64,000 nt of DNA from Octopus sinensis (taxonomy: Eukaryota): NCBI RefSeq assembly GCF_006345805.1, contig NC_043018.1:4960001-5024000 (forward strand). The letters are read 5' to 3'. This document shows, in pieces, positions 12,527 through 26,199 of this stretch. The notes under the pieces are model-generated. The model saw only the letters and a list, made by a program, of their open reading frames with translations. It had not been told where the DNA came from and ran no database searches. The stretch's first letter is position 1. Each line of letters starts with the position of its first letter. The translations under genes and the position numbers were made by a program.

Positions 12527-13919
12527 TTATTTTGGCCGTAATATTACTCATATTTTCTTAAGAATTCCTTGAAAGTTGCCTAGAGCTGTTCTGGTAGCAT
12601 CAAGAATTTGTCTTCTAGTACCAACAGCAAGAATTAAATGGCAACTTTCCGTCATTTAACCAATTCCAATGGAGTTAAATCAACATCAGCTCATGCCCAC
12701 TTGATGCTTAGAATTGTTATCATCAGCGTTGGCGCAATGAAATTGGTTAACCAAAGTGAATTAATGAATATTGGTTAAAAGCAACGTATGAATGTTGAGA
12801 GCAGGTACAACACACATTCTTTTTGGCACCTCGAGAAAAGAAACGCCGTCTCTCGTTCACAACACATCTAGAGGTTGAAAAGAAAAATGAAGATGTCACA
12901 ATCTTTAAGGTTCGGAAGTCAGTGGTAGAATTTTCCAAAATATATTCTGAAGGATATATTTCTGCTTGCGTATTTGTAAAAATTTTTCATATTCATGATT
13001 ACTTTCATTTGTTGGATTTTAGAAATAAGCTAATTTCAAATTGTGTCACTAAAACGAATTTATTTTACGAAATTCCATTCTGTTTATGGTTGGATGGGAA
13101 TTTGGCCGCTACTTCTAACTGCTTGAATAACCTGTCAGACGCTCCCTCGTTTGCTCGATGTTGATGCTGCTGCTAACAATTGTGAGGCGGAAGTGACATG
13201 AGACACAAGGCTGTATATATTTTTCATGGAAAAGGTAGATAGGGTTTACCTTTTGAAGGCGAACACTTAATCACTGACTGGTATAGAATCCATTTACCAT
13301 TCCCATGACTGAGAGTCAATTACATCACGTGACCAATTGCTGCTATTTGTATTAAATCATAGATGAAAGTCAACTCTAAATAAAATTCGTAGAAAAAATG
13401 TAAGATCTGTTAATGCTTTGTCGAAATTGTCTCCTTTTACCAGCTTAATAAGCTCTCTCATAACTAAGAATAAAAAGCATAAGAATTTCCGAGATTTGAT
13501 TTGAAGAGTGGTCGAGCAAGAGTCTTGTAGATCTGATTCGACCCAGTACTTTACTGGTACTTGTTTAATTAACACCCCACTTGATGGGGGTCAATGGAAA
13601 TGGAAGTAACAAGAAAATTTATTTTTTGTGCAGGATTCGATCATTTTGGGGTATTTTCCTATCCCCGCTGATATCGGCTTTTATTTCATCGGAGGGATCG
13701 ATAAAATAATATATCATTCAAATAGAATAATGGAAAATGATCAACTGCTTATTCTCCCTGCTGGCCGCGCGACCATCGTGAGTTCAAATTCCATCATGAT
13801 TTATTTTTCCCCCACCATGCAACCTAGACCGATGCAATAAGCATCAATAAAATATCAGTTATGTGGGACCTAACAAATATCCTGTAGAGACAAAAACTCT
13901 TCTACAAAACCCTTAATAA

Positions 13920-14610
13920 ACGTCAATAAAACAAACAATCCTAGTATTCAGAATTTCATTGACAATTTTCGTTTCTTGGTTCAATTTCCATCGATCAACC
14001 TGTGTAAGGTTGCAAATAATGTCGCTACCGTTCTCCTGTAGTCTTACCTTTATTCTGTTGTGGATTGCCTTTTGTCCATCTGTCATGTCGCTATTCGTTT
14101 TATCGTCTTCTTTTAGATCATCTATATGTCTCTCATCAAGTAAGCTCCCACTGCTCCTTTCCTGTGCTATGAGATTACTCTTATTAGTAAGAACTGTATT
14201 TTCATTCTTATCTATGCTGCTATTGTCCATGACCTGTCTTTTGATAGCTTCGAGCTCTCCTTCTGTGAACCAACAATTTTTTCTTATTGCTCTAGCTTGA
14301 TCACATAGTCACTGTTCCGTGAGTTGAAACAATCACTTTTCTCTCCAATGTTCATACATACGTTGTCGATAACCCCTAATTTGAGCACCAGTTTCATCTA
14401 CCAAGTTGCTCAGGTAGTAACACTCCATGATCACAGCATTAATTTGCTAGCTCCATCTACGCCGTGTGTGGTGGTCCCTTTCTAGGTATCGACAGGCTGG
14501 AGCCGGACCAGAATCTCTGAGCCTACCGGGTGTAACACTGTCACCATCATTGACTTCAGTTTTATTACCACCGTTATTCACAATATTTTGTTTTTTCATT
14601 GTCACTCATA
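13920..14610 (-). mobile_element. 5' fragment of a second Dong/R4-clade element (N-terminal domain)
   Basis: Translates RRRWS*QINAVIMECYY...RGYRQRMYEHW...TEQ*LCDQARAIRKNCWFTEGELEAIKR, the typical R4/Dong N-terminal motif. Lies next to (TAA)n. Confidence 0.75.
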
Positions 14611-14716
14611 TGAGGTAGCGATTATTAGGTTACGCGATTATCAGTGTTTTTATTGTGACACCATCACTAGATGTATCATCATCATCATTGGTATAATAAT
14701 AATAATAATAATAATG

Positions 14717-14748
<32 letters not shown>

Positions 14749-14761
14749 TATTATTATTACT

Positions 14762-14984
14762 GATTGAGACAGCAGCGCGTGATAGCCATCAAAGTAACAT
14801 TGAGGTACAAATATACAAGGGGCCCATATATCCATGATGACTACCCGTCCGATAAGCGGACCCCTGGCACATGCATCGCAACCATATGTGCGCGACGACA
14901 TAGTGATCCTCATATCAAGATAAACAGCACAATGACCTTGCGCCGTTCCGAGCATTGCTGCAAACTGTGTTCATTCGATCCTGC

Positions 14985-14985
<1 letters not shown>
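14762..14985. repeat. Unclassified dispersed repeat, copy 1, inside (TAA)n
   Basis: Aligns with 15704-15870 (gccatcaaagt...atgactacccgtc...catatcaagataaacagcac). Confidence 0.7.
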
Positions 14986-15045
<60 letters not shown>

Positions 15046-15255
15046 CACTACTACTACTACTACCACTACTACCACTACCACCACCACCACCACCACCACC
15101 ACCACCACCACCAATACTACTACTACTACTACTACTGTTGTTGTTATTATTATTATTATCATTATTATTATCATTATCATTATTATTATCATTATTATTA
15201 TTATTATTATTATCATCATTATCATTATTATTATTATTATTTATTATTATTATTA

Positions 15256-15295
<40 letters not shown>

Positions 15296-15344
15296 CATTA
15301 TTATTATTATTATTATTATCTTATTATTATTATTATTATTATTA

Positions 15345-15378
<34 letters not shown>

Positions 15379-15409
15379 CATTATTATATTATTATTATTA
15401 TTATTATTA

Positions 15410-15476
<67 letters not shown>

Positions 15477-15703
15477 TTATTATATATTATTATTATTATT
15501 ATCATTATTATTATCATTATTATATTATTATTATTATTATTATCATTATTATTATTATTATTATTATCATTATTATTATTATTATTATTATCATTATTAT
15601 TATTATTATTATTATTATCATTATTATTATTATTATTATTATCATATTATATATTATTATTATTATTCATTATTATTTCATTATTATCATTATTATTATT
15701 ATT

Positions 15704-16198
15704 GAGTGAGAGAGCAGTTCATGCCATCAAAGTGACACTGGGGTAAATATACGAAGCCCAATATACCCATCATGACTACCCGTCTGATAAAGGTACACCA
15801 GGCACATGCATCACAACCATATGTGCGCGACATGGTGATCTCATATCAAGATAAACAGCACATGACCTTGCAGGTGGGGCCCAGTTAGAATTTTCTTCAG
15901 GTTGAGTAGCCCATCCCGCTCAAGCGGTCCCTGAATAAGGGTTGTTTAAGGATGTTGAAAGAACCACCCATGTTTCCAGAGGTGAACTATTCAAACCCAA
16001 AGAATCCCTATCAACACATGGCTATGATGCTCCCCCACTACTTCTGCTCGTGATCAGAGATGCACATATCTTCAGCCACTAAGGGACATGCTCAACTGGT
16101 TAAGGTCAAACAACTGACAAGCAAATCTGTGGTATTGAGCAGAATATTTGCTGTAGCCCATCTTTTATACCAAGACAAAACAATGTACATGATAACAC
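15704..16198. repeat. Unclassified dispersed repeat, copy 2, inside (TAA)n
   Basis: Non-coding block of about 495 bp bounded on both sides by (ATT)n; its first 170 bp are homologous to 14762-14940. Confidence 0.7.
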
Positions 16199-16455
16199 TT
16201 CATCATTATTATTATTATCTTATTATTATCATTATTATTATTATTATTATCATTATTATTATTTCATTATTATTATTATTATTATTATTTATTATCATAT
16301 TATTATCATTATTATTTATTATCATTATTTTATTATTATTATCATTATATTATTATTATTATTATTATTATCATTATTATTATTATTATTATCATTATTA
16401 TTATTATTATATTATTATTATTATCATTATTATTATATTATTATTATTATTATTA

Positions 16456-16489
<34 letters not shown>

Positions 16490-16500
16490 CATTATTATCA

Positions 16501-16575
<75 letters not shown>

Positions 16576-16797
16576 CATTATTATTATTATTATTATTATT
16601 ATTTCATTATATTATTATTATTATTATTATTATTATTATCATTATTATTATTATTATTATTATTATATTATTATCATTATTATCATCATTATTATTATTA
16701 TTATTATTATTACATTATTATTATTATATTATTATTATCATTATTATTATCATTATTATTATTATTATTATTATTATATTTCATTATTATTATATTA

Positions 16798-16864
<67 letters not shown>

Positions 16865-16866
16865 TA

Positions 16867-16909
<43 letters not shown>

Positions 16910-16910
16910 T

Positions 16911-16945
<35 letters not shown>

Positions 16946-16991
16946 CATTATTATTATCATTATTATTATTATTATATTATTATTATTATTA

Positions 16992-17023
<32 letters not shown>

Positions 17024-17031
17024 CATCATCA

Positions 17032-20000
17032 TTCAGTAGTTTTATTTTTATAACGTGCTTTCACTTCACTACCGAGCGCAGCTCTGTGTGCCTTGGGTAT
17101 GTGCTGTGATTTGTTGTGATGCTCTGATGGTTACTGTATTGAAAGTGTTCTTCGTAGGATGTGTGCAGTGCCTAGTAGTGCAATTTTCTATATGTTATAT
17201 GTGCTTGTGAGTCCTGGTGTTTTTGTTATGTATTTGTCTGAATATTGTTTATCATACCTAATGCACCTACTATGATAGGAATTGTTTCTGTTTTTAGATT
17301 CCACATTCTGGTTACCTCTATTTCCAGGTCTTTGTATTTTGAAAGTTTCTCTGTTTCTTTTAGAGAAACATTGTCATCTGCTGGTATTGATATATCAATT
17401 ACAACGCATTTATTTTCTTCATGATCTCTGACAACTATATCTGGTCTGTTGGCTTTAATTTCACTATCTGTGTGTATCGGTATATCCCAGAGTATGGTTG
17501 CTTTCTCGTTTTCTGTGACCTTTTCTGGTGTGTGCTTATACCATCTTTTTTCTGTTGTTATTCCATAATGTTGGGATAACTTCCAGTGTATGTAGGTCCC
17601 AACTCTGTCATGTCTGTGAATATATTCCTTCTTAGCTAGGACTGGGCAGCCAGAGATAATATGACTTATTGTTTCTTGTCCATCTCCACATATTCTGCAG
17701 TTACTTGTTATATTTCTTTTCATTACATGTTTTTGGTAATTTCTGGTGGGGAGGCTTTGGTCTTGTGCTGCAATTAAAAATCCCTCTGTCTCTGCTTTGA
17801 GTCCTGAGCTTCTCAACCATTGCTGGGATTTTTCCATGTCTCTTTGGCATTTAGCTTAGTCCAGTATTTGCCATGAAGGGGCTTTTCTTACAATCGCTTT
17901 ATCATGGTCCGTTGCTGTTCTAGTTTTAATTTTGATTTCATTTGCTTTATAGCTTTTGTTGTCTTCTTCTTCTTCTTCTTCTTTTTCTTCTTCTTCTTCT
18001 TCTTCTTCTTCTTCTTCTTCTTCTTCTTCTTCTTCTTCTTCTTCTTCTTCTTCTTCTTCTTCTTCTTCTTTTTTTCTTTTCTTGTTTTCCTATCTATTTT
18101 GTTTAGTTCATTTAGCGTCCAGTTAAGGATATTGTAGCTGTAACTTATAACTGGGACGGCTAAAGTGTTAATACCTATTATCTTGTTTTTAGCGTTGAGC
18201 TCTGTTTTTAGTATTGATCTAACTCGTCTATAGTATTTTTTCTTTATTTTCTCTTTCATTTGTGTGTTGTGTCTTATCTAGTTCATGGATTCCTAAGTAT
18301 TTGTAAGTTTGGCTTTGGTCTAATTCTCTTATTTCATTGGCTTTATCTAGTGTGATGTTGCTACTCTTAACTAGTTTTCCTCTGTTCAGGGTTACTTTGG
18401 CGCATTTTTCTAATCCAAATTTCATATCTATTTCTTTGGTAAATCCATGAACTGTCTTTAATAGTGTTTCCAGCTGTTTGTCATTTGCAGCGTATAGTTT
18501 TAGGTCATCCTTATATAAAAGGTTGCTGATAGTTTTGCCGTAACATTTATATCCGCATCTAGTTCTATTTAGCATATCAAATAGAGGTGGCAGTACCAAG
18601 CAGGAAAGGAGTGGAGAGAGCGTGTCTCCCTGGAATATTCCTCTTCTAATGTGGATCGCTTTGGTTTTCACAAGTCCCTCTTTTGTTTGGAGCTGTAGCA
18701 CTGTTTGCCATTTATTCATAGAGTGTCCTATACATTTTATAATTGTTGGTGTTACTTTGTTAATGACTAGTGTTTCGAGGATCCATGTGTGGGGATACTA
18801 TCAAACGCCTTTCTGTAGTCGATCCAGGCCATACTGAGGCCTTTCTTCTTTCTGTGGCTGTCTTCAGTTATGGCTTTATTGATCATTAGTTGATCTTTAC
18901 AGCCATATGAGCCTTTGCGGCATCCTTTCTGCTCTTCTGGAAACAGGTTGTTTCCGTCTAGGTGCTTGTTCAATCTTTGTGATATTACTGCAGTGAATGC
19001 TTTGTACATTGTAGGAAGACAGGTTATAGGTCTGTAGTTTTCTGGTTTTTCTGTCTCATTGGATTTGGGAATTAAGATGGTTTTTCCCCTTCGTGAGCCA
19101 TTCAGGCATTGTCTCTGGCTCTGCCAGTATGTTGTTAAAGTTTTCAGCCAGCTTTTTGTGCATTCCTGTCAGATATTTCAACCAGAAGTTGGGGATCTTA
19201 TCATGCCCAGGTGCTTTATGTTGCTTAGTCTTTGCAGTGCCTGGGTGACCACTTCAGTTGTTATGGGGGTCCAAAGTTGCTCAGATGCTAAGTTTGTTTT
19301 AATACTTCTTTATTTTGGTTGTTCATTCGCCGACCATATTTCTTTCCAGAATTCTTCCACTTCTTCTGCCGTTGGTGCTGCAGTGATTTCTATTTTATTT
19401 TTGCCAAGTTCTTAGAACTTTTTGGGGTTGGAGTTGAACTGTTTGTTTTGTTCAAAGGAACGTTGGCGTTTCTCATGCCGGCGGATCCTTTGTGCTTTGG
19501 CAAGAATATCTTGCTTTAGCTTTTCTTTTATCTCAGGTAAATCTTTTTCTGTGATGTTGTATTTGCACAGTATTTTTGTTTTCTTTTTGTTGCTTAGTAG
19601 CGTTGATTGTCTACTGATTTCATTAAGAATCGACAGATCTTTTCTCATTTTTTGTATTTTTTTAATGTTATTTATCCACAGGGTTTGTTTGGGTGGTGGT
19701 ACTCCTGTTTGGATGGGTTTGAGGGAGTATCCAGCTTCTTTTGTGGCTGCTGCATATACTAAGTCATTTAGCTCAGTGATATCGCTATTTGTTTCAGTGG
19801 CTATTAGTTCTGAGACGGCTAGGTTTATAATTGATGTTGTTTTTTTGTTTATTTTGATTTTTGGGAGGTATGGTCGGTGGTCTATTTTTAGATCTGTGTT
19901 TTTCAGTTCTTTGATTATTCTACTTTTTATAGTATCATAATCATTAGGCTCCCCTTCGTTGTTTTCAGTTTTAGATTTGTGTCGCTTTCTTTCTCATTCG

Positions 20001-20773
20001 TATGTTTGTCTGTCGTGGTTTGGCTTGCTGCTTTTCGTGCATTATTATGTATCCTTACGGTCTGGTTTTGTTGTTTTTTGTTTACATCGTTTTCGTTGGA
20101 AATGTTACGTTTGTCTTCGTGTTTTACTATCTCAGCGTTTATATTATTTGGCATTGTTGTGTGGCTTCTATCTACATTTTCCTGATGTATTTTGTTTTTA
20201 AATGTTCTATGTATCCAAGTCTTTATTTATGTTATTTTTCTTCCATATTTTCTATGTATATGTTGTTGTGTTTTCGTTCTTTGGGTAGAGCACTGCTGTA
20301 AAGTAAGCATGTAGGATAGAAATGTATTCCTCGCGTCATTTTCGTAGGGTACCGGTCCGTTCATTTCTGTTGTCACATTGTTTTGCTTGTGTAGTTTTTC
20401 GTACTTTTTATGTAACAGGTTCAAAGTACGTACTTCCCGATTGTTATTCTTGGGTTGAATAATACCGGTGTTATTTAATTTATTCGTAGTTTTTTTTGTA
20501 CGTGGTGTTTGGGGCCGGAGATGATATGTTATTGATGGATCGTAATGTATCAATTATGTTTACATGGTTGGAGATGATATCGAGTTAAAATACATCATTT
20601 CGTTTGGAAAATAGCAATAAATTTCAATGAGTATTACTTACTCGGATATAGTCAGTTATTTTTTGGCTCCATGCGATGTCTTTGTTTCCGATGTTTGTGG
20701 ATAGTTTTCGGAGCACTGTTTTATCGCTCTCACATGTTAAACGTCCCCGGTGTTCTCTTATTAAACGTCCCCC
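17032..20773 (-). mobile_element. Full-length decayed Dong/R4-clade non-LTR retrotransposon inserted in (TAA)n
   Basis: Single RT plus restriction-like endonuclease ORF. Both ends run into (TAA)n, the known Dong target type. 3' UTR ends ...aaaactactgaatgatgatgataataat. Confidence 0.9.
17131..20560 (-). pseudogene. RT - CCHC zinc finger - RLE endonuclease ORF of the Dong/R4 element, disrupted
   Basis: Motifs NYRPITCL, EEQKGCRKG, WIDYRKAFDSIPH, RGIFQGDTLSP, LYKDD (YxDD), YKYLG, CRICGDGQETISHIISGC, RHD, RPDIVV, KLSKYKDL and GALG; ends LRRTLSIQ* at 17131. Several stops and frameshifts. The start codon is uncertain. Confidence 0.9.
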
Positions 20774-20828
<55 letters not shown>

Positions 20829-20884
20829 CATTATTATTATCATTATCATTATTATTATCATTATCATTATTATCATTATTATTG

Positions 20885-21200
20885 CTTGGTTCGGTCTTAT
20901 TATTATTATGGTTTGGCTCAGGTTCGGATTTATGGGGGTAGCGGCTTACAACTTATAACCTTAGGTATCCACAAGCTTTCAATAGTCTTTCAAGTACTTA
21001 AAATCCTCCTTATAATCTTTCCTATCCTATAGATGCAAACTTTCTGCAGAAGATCTACCCAGCATTCTATTTCAATCTCCTTCAGCCATTTGTCTACATC
21101 TTTGCTTACATTTCCCAATGCACAAATTATTATAGGCACAACCTTTAAAGTTTCCATCCTCCAAATTCTTACAATTTCAAACTTTAAGGGAATGTATTTT
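20885..21200 (-). mobile_element. Dong/R4 3' fragment
   Basis: Translates EIVRIWRMETLKVVPIIICALGNVSKDVDKWLKEIEIEC...LLQKVC...KIIRRILST*. The 3' UTR matches 28645-28760. Confidence 0.75.
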
Positions 21201-21599
21201 TTAATCGTTCATTTTCTTTCTCAATTATTATTATTTTTTTTTTATCACAGATTTTGTCGGAACTCCTGGAGTCTTGCATCCGTAGCGGGCTTACTACCTA
21301 CAGCCTACGGTAACCATGCTATCCATTTTTTCCAGCTGTCTAGTACTTTCTGGCCGTGGTGATTACGGAGATGATTACATGTCAAAGTCCATCTCGTGTA
21401 GCGGCGGGCGAGGATGGCGGGAGCAGCAGCAGCAGCGGCAGCAACAATGGTGACAGCAGTAGCAGTAGCAACGTTGATAGAAAAAGCAAAGTGGAAGTAG
21501 TAGTAGTGGTAGTAGTAACAGCAGCAGCAGCAGTTAAAACGCGACCAACAACAACAGTAGTAATGTTTTCTTTTGTGGACTTGAACTCTCTCACTCGAG

Positions 21600-24500
21600 G
21601 ATGAAGCCTCTAAATTGTCGAATGCGGCTAAATTTAGAAAAATCGAGGGGCAAAGGGCAGAGCTGGTTCCGTCTCCTACAGCCAGAAAAATAATGTACTA
21701 GCTTCAAGTGTCCACCTCTGGAAACGGTTACGAACGTCCAGATTGAAAGAGCCCTATACGAGACATGGCGTAACACCAGCCACACAACGAGGGCAAAACA
21801 GTTCGACGGGGTCGAAATCTTATTTAAGACTGGAACCCTGGCAATCCGGCACTCGGTGACCGCTCGCCGTAGTGAAGGCTTCATACTCATCCGGTGAAAA
21901 TTACTATACAAAGGGTACCACCAAAACTAGATTTGTGGTAAGAGTAAAACTCTCCTGGAGGTTAAGTGATCAAGGTAGGAGAACTGGATTGCCGAATGGA
22001 AGAGAGTTAAGAGTAAGCATGGAGGGCAAGCGACAGAGATACTACGTCTGTGGAATGAAGTATCATCTACAGGCATTCTACCTACACAACAAAAAACAAA
22101 AGATGAGAAAGGAGGGTCCCAGTGTTGACATCGCAACCACTGTTACAACAACAAGGCAGCAACGATGACGGAGGCTCCATCTGCGGTGGAAGAATCGGCG
22201 GCAGAAGCAGCAAAAGCAAATGCAGCAGCTGAAGCAGCGCTAGCGACGCCTAACAGTTCCAGTAGCATTACCACCACCGTCATCCCCAACATCGACAAGA
22301 ATATCGGCAGAGACGACCACCCACGGGCATTATCCAACCCAGCCCTCTATGTCCCTCTCTCTCAAATACACTCTCACAGCCATATAAACACAAACACACC
22401 GACTCATTTCTAGGACGGACCCCGCAGGCTCTAATTCCGCCACATCTCGAAATGAAGACAAGAAGCTCCATAAATTAAGAATACAGCAGAGGACGCGGAG
22501 GGCGCCATCGCAGGAGGCACAGTCACATCGATAATAGCATCGAACCCATTAGCTCCAGATCCGTCAACGCAACCAACGCTGCAACCACCAGCACAACCAA
22601 CATTATCACAATCCCCCCTAACTCTAAAAAGAAGACTTACAACAGAGAATTCATTCACATGAAACTCCGAATTTCGTGCTTGTGAGGAGAACCAACAAAG
22701 ATTTGATGACTTTAATGGCTCGAAATAAAAAGATTGAACGAAGGGGTGCAATATATGACACCAACACTCTTAAAGCGCCGGAACAGCTATTGTTAATACG
22801 CAAACCACTAACAATATATAAAAAAACATTCGGGGGTGTTTTCCTCTACAACATGAGAACTAATGTAAAATCCACCAACAGACTTTTAAAGGGGTTCCCA
22901 GCTAAACCCCAATTAGAGGCGGAGGTCGGGCCACCCGGCCACCAATAACATCGGAAGGGTAAGTAAATTCTCTCTTTTCCTTTCTCTCAAAACTTTTCAG
23001 TCAACATGGCAATTATTAAAGTAGGTTGTATAAATGTTCGTGACCTGGGGTTGTTCTGGAATCAAGGTCGTTAGAGTTGGATGTGATTACCACAGGTGAG
23101 ACCAGGGTTTCGAAATGCGTACACTAGTCAACATTTTTGGCAACTTTAAGATCTACGCATTTCTGGTTCAACCTGGAATGGGAGCCGGGGTGGAAATGTT
23201 GTTAAGGAAAACCCTGGATCTCGAGATACGGATGATCTTGGACAAGACGTTACGTTGGTGATCCTGGAAGGTGGTACTATTAGATTAATCAACTCGCTGG
23301 GCTGGGGCGGCAAGATTTCTCCAGATGTTTGGAGATTTTCCTTGGAATCTCTTGCTCTTTAGTGGGCGACTGGAATACCATCTTGGACGCACGATAGGGT
23401 GGGGCCAGCCGACAGAAGATGGGGAAGCAAAAACCTCACAAGTCTATTCAGCCGCTTCCATTTTGCTGATAGGTACCCACTGGGTTTTCCGTGTGTGCCA
23501 ATGTGAATATGGGCAAACAACTGTTTGTATAGAGAGCAATTTGGAGGCCTGTAGGCAGAAGTAGCATAAGCTATCCACAATTCAAAGTCTTCGGTTAGAA
23601 ATGATCCATTGGCAGGGTTCCGAATATTGGAAACTGAACGCGTCCTTCCCGGTGCTTCAAGCGTTCAGAGCCCGGGTTAGCAAGTTTGTCTATCGAAACT
23701 TGTCGGGTGCAAATATCAACAACCGATTATGGATAGCCCTGAAAAGGGCTATTAAAGATGAGGCAGTAGGATTTAGTAAAGAAATAGTGTTAGAGGAAAC
23801 TAGGATAGAATGATACCCAGTTAGAAAGCTAGAAGAGGTACTTGGAAGAGGCTTAGCAGCTGATGTGCTGGCGATGATATTGGCTGTTGATCAATTCTTC
23901 AATGCTAAGCACAAAGGTTGCGTTGTCAGAACTAGGGTGCGTGCGCTAAGACATGAGGGAGTGAAAGCCGTTCGATGGGCCCAGGTGACAGAGGTGGTGA
24001 GTCGGAGACGGGGGTGGGTTTCACCTCCTACCTTGGCGGCACGCCGTGCCTTTCGGTTCGGGATGTGGAGTCCCGCGAAATGCCGATAACAACCAAAAAC
24101 ATACGTGATGCAAAGACTAGCTGCACAAAGGAGAATGGTCTGCTCGTAGAGTTTTATTTTCGTATGCCAGACTTGTTCAGTGATCCCTCGGCTGATGTCT
24201 AACGCAACTGGCAGCAGAACGGGAGAATTCCCAGTGCTGAGAGCCGTGATATGGTGGTGCTGCTGAGAAAGGACCTGAACAAGGAGGACCAAATAGACAA
24301 TTCGAGGCCCATAACTCTGCTGAACACAGATTTTGTCCAAGGTGTTAGCCAAGAGGTTGGCGCTTGTCGATTGGCTGGGCGGTAACGCGCATGTATGTGT
24401 TATCCCAAACAGATCTAATCACAGCCACCAGCTCATGAGTTACATTATAGAGAGGGTAGGAAAAGAACCTAGCATGGGTGGGGCCCTGAACAATTTGGTT

Positions 24501-26020
24501 CAATAAAAAGCATTTGATAGGGTTGGCCACCAATACTTGGAAGTTGTCCTCTCGGCGGCCGGTTTCGGTCTCATTTTCAGAGGCTGGATCGAAGCCATGT
24601 ACAGCAAAATCTCTTCGGTTGTCAAAGTAAATGGCCACCGATCGGAATTGTTTAATATTGTACGTTCTGTCCGTTACGGATGCTCACGGTCACCTCTTAT
24701 GTACGTAGTGGCTCTCGAGTCATTGCTAAGAAAGCTAGATGTTTGGAGGGGCATGCCGCGTGGCCTAAGTTGTGGAAGGTTTGTGTCAGCTTATGCAGAC
24801 GACGTCACCGTAATAATGATGGACATCTCAAAATAGAGGTGATCAGCAGTGCCCTAAGGGAGTATGAAGCGGCGGCAGAAGTAAATATTAACAGTAGAAG
24901 TAAGTGGGCCTGCAACTTGGCACCTGGAAGAGACAAGTCCATGCCTCGTAGGGCGTTGGATAGAAGGACAGGATAAATTGCTCGGAGTTTGGTGTGGTCT
25001 GGACTTCCAGGTGGGCAAGAACCGGGAGGAAGTGAGGAGCTGGTTGGCCTGTCTCCCCCAGAAATAGGCAGAGAGGAAGCTGTGTCTGAAGGGTCGGGCA
25101 GAGGTGGCGAATGTATGCATCGCTTCCGTCATTTACTACCGCCTGAACGTGGCTGATCAAGTTGGAGCGATGACATTCTCGGGGGAATCTCTGGACGTCA
25201 GGAGTTATCAATTAGCTCTCCTTTCCCGGGGGACTTTCAGGCCGAGACCAATGGACAATTTCTAGAAATCTCTGAACTGGCAGTGCTATCGGTGGGTTCT
25301 ACCAGTTCGAGGCAAGCTTTACAAGCACAGAAGTGCTGTCAGATGTCCGATATGTACGCAGAGCGATGAAACTTTTTTGAATGCCCTCGTCCAGCACGCG
25401 GGCATTGCTGACTTGTGGAACTTTGTCGAACAGTTTATGCATGTAGGACGGATCCGGATATATGAGCAAAATCCATCGCCCCGCCGCTTTCTTTTGACCG
25501 TCATGGGAAGGTAGTTTTTCTTTGTCTGGTGGCGATGGCGAGAAAGGTTTTGTGGGGACGATTTTGAAAGGACTGAAGACAGATATGGTACCCTTCGGCC
25601 AAGCCCTCATCGACCTTTTCAAGTTCCACGTGAGAAGGAACGTGAGGATGGAGAGAGAAATGTTCCTTCACCCACCAGTATTTTTATTGAAAGGTGAGTG
25701 GATGTGGCGAGGATAACCCGTGTGAATGGGCCTCTTCTGAATATACGCTTGTAAAACGGAGGGGTTGAGGGGAGAGGTACCTGCCCGAGGTACCCTCGGC
25801 AGTCGGGGTGACCAGGAGGTATGGGTTTCCTTGGGTGAACTCCCGCCTCTTGGGTTATTTTATTGTTAAATTTTTGTTGTAGACGCGAATTTTTGTGCCA
25901 ATCCTCTTCTTTCCATATTTTTTGCTCTGTTATTTTCCCTCTTTGAATTCTATTGTTTCAGTCACTTTGGGGTATCTCTGACTGCCGATAACATCCTTTC
26001 TTTATACTCTGCTCAACGTA
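21600..26020 (+). mobile_element. Near-complete decayed Tx1/L1-clade LINE (ORF1 and ORF2)
   Basis: ORF1 remnant has a zinc-knuckle-like RYYVCGMKYHLQAF at about 22045. ORF2 runs from about 23006 (MAIIKVGCINVRDLG, APE) through RPITLLNTD, KAFDRV, VNG, YGCS..SP and SAYADDVT, with a C-terminal CPICTQSDET; ends at about 25754, followed by a T-rich 3' UTR. Many stops and frameshifts. Confidence 0.85.
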
Positions 26021-26031
26021 ATTTTAAGACT

Positions 26032-26168
26032 CAGTATTGCTTATTTCATCGATCTCAAAAAAATGGAACGCAAAGTCGAGCTCAACGGAATTTGAACTCA
26101 GAACGCAAAGTCAGAAGAAATATTGCGAAGAGTCTTTGTGCTAACGATTCTGCCCGCAGGTCGCCTTA
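26032..26168 (-). mobile_element. tRNA-derived SINE, family A (partial)
   Basis: ggaatttgaactcagaacg...gctaacgattctgcc...gccttaa. Confidence 0.75.
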
Positions 26169-26199
26169 ATAATAATGGCAATAATCAAAATCGTAGAAG

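Larger units (their letters stand above)
14690..17030. repeat. Large compound (TAA/ATT)n, (CTA)n and (CCA)n microsatellite field
   Basis: Arrays are directly visible at 14690-14760, 14986-15703 and 16200-17030; they produce the poly-I/Y/L ORFs in the track. Confidence 0.95.

Noticed and set aside
12560-12700. SAM-domain-like reading DVDLTPLELV...VGTRRQILDA on the minus strand
   Set aside because: It needs a frameshift, the similarity is weak and there are no convincing splice sites.
20600-20773. HDV-like ribozyme at the Dong 5' end
   Set aside because: No downstream complement to the ggggacg P1 strand and no nested pseudoknot could be built by eye.
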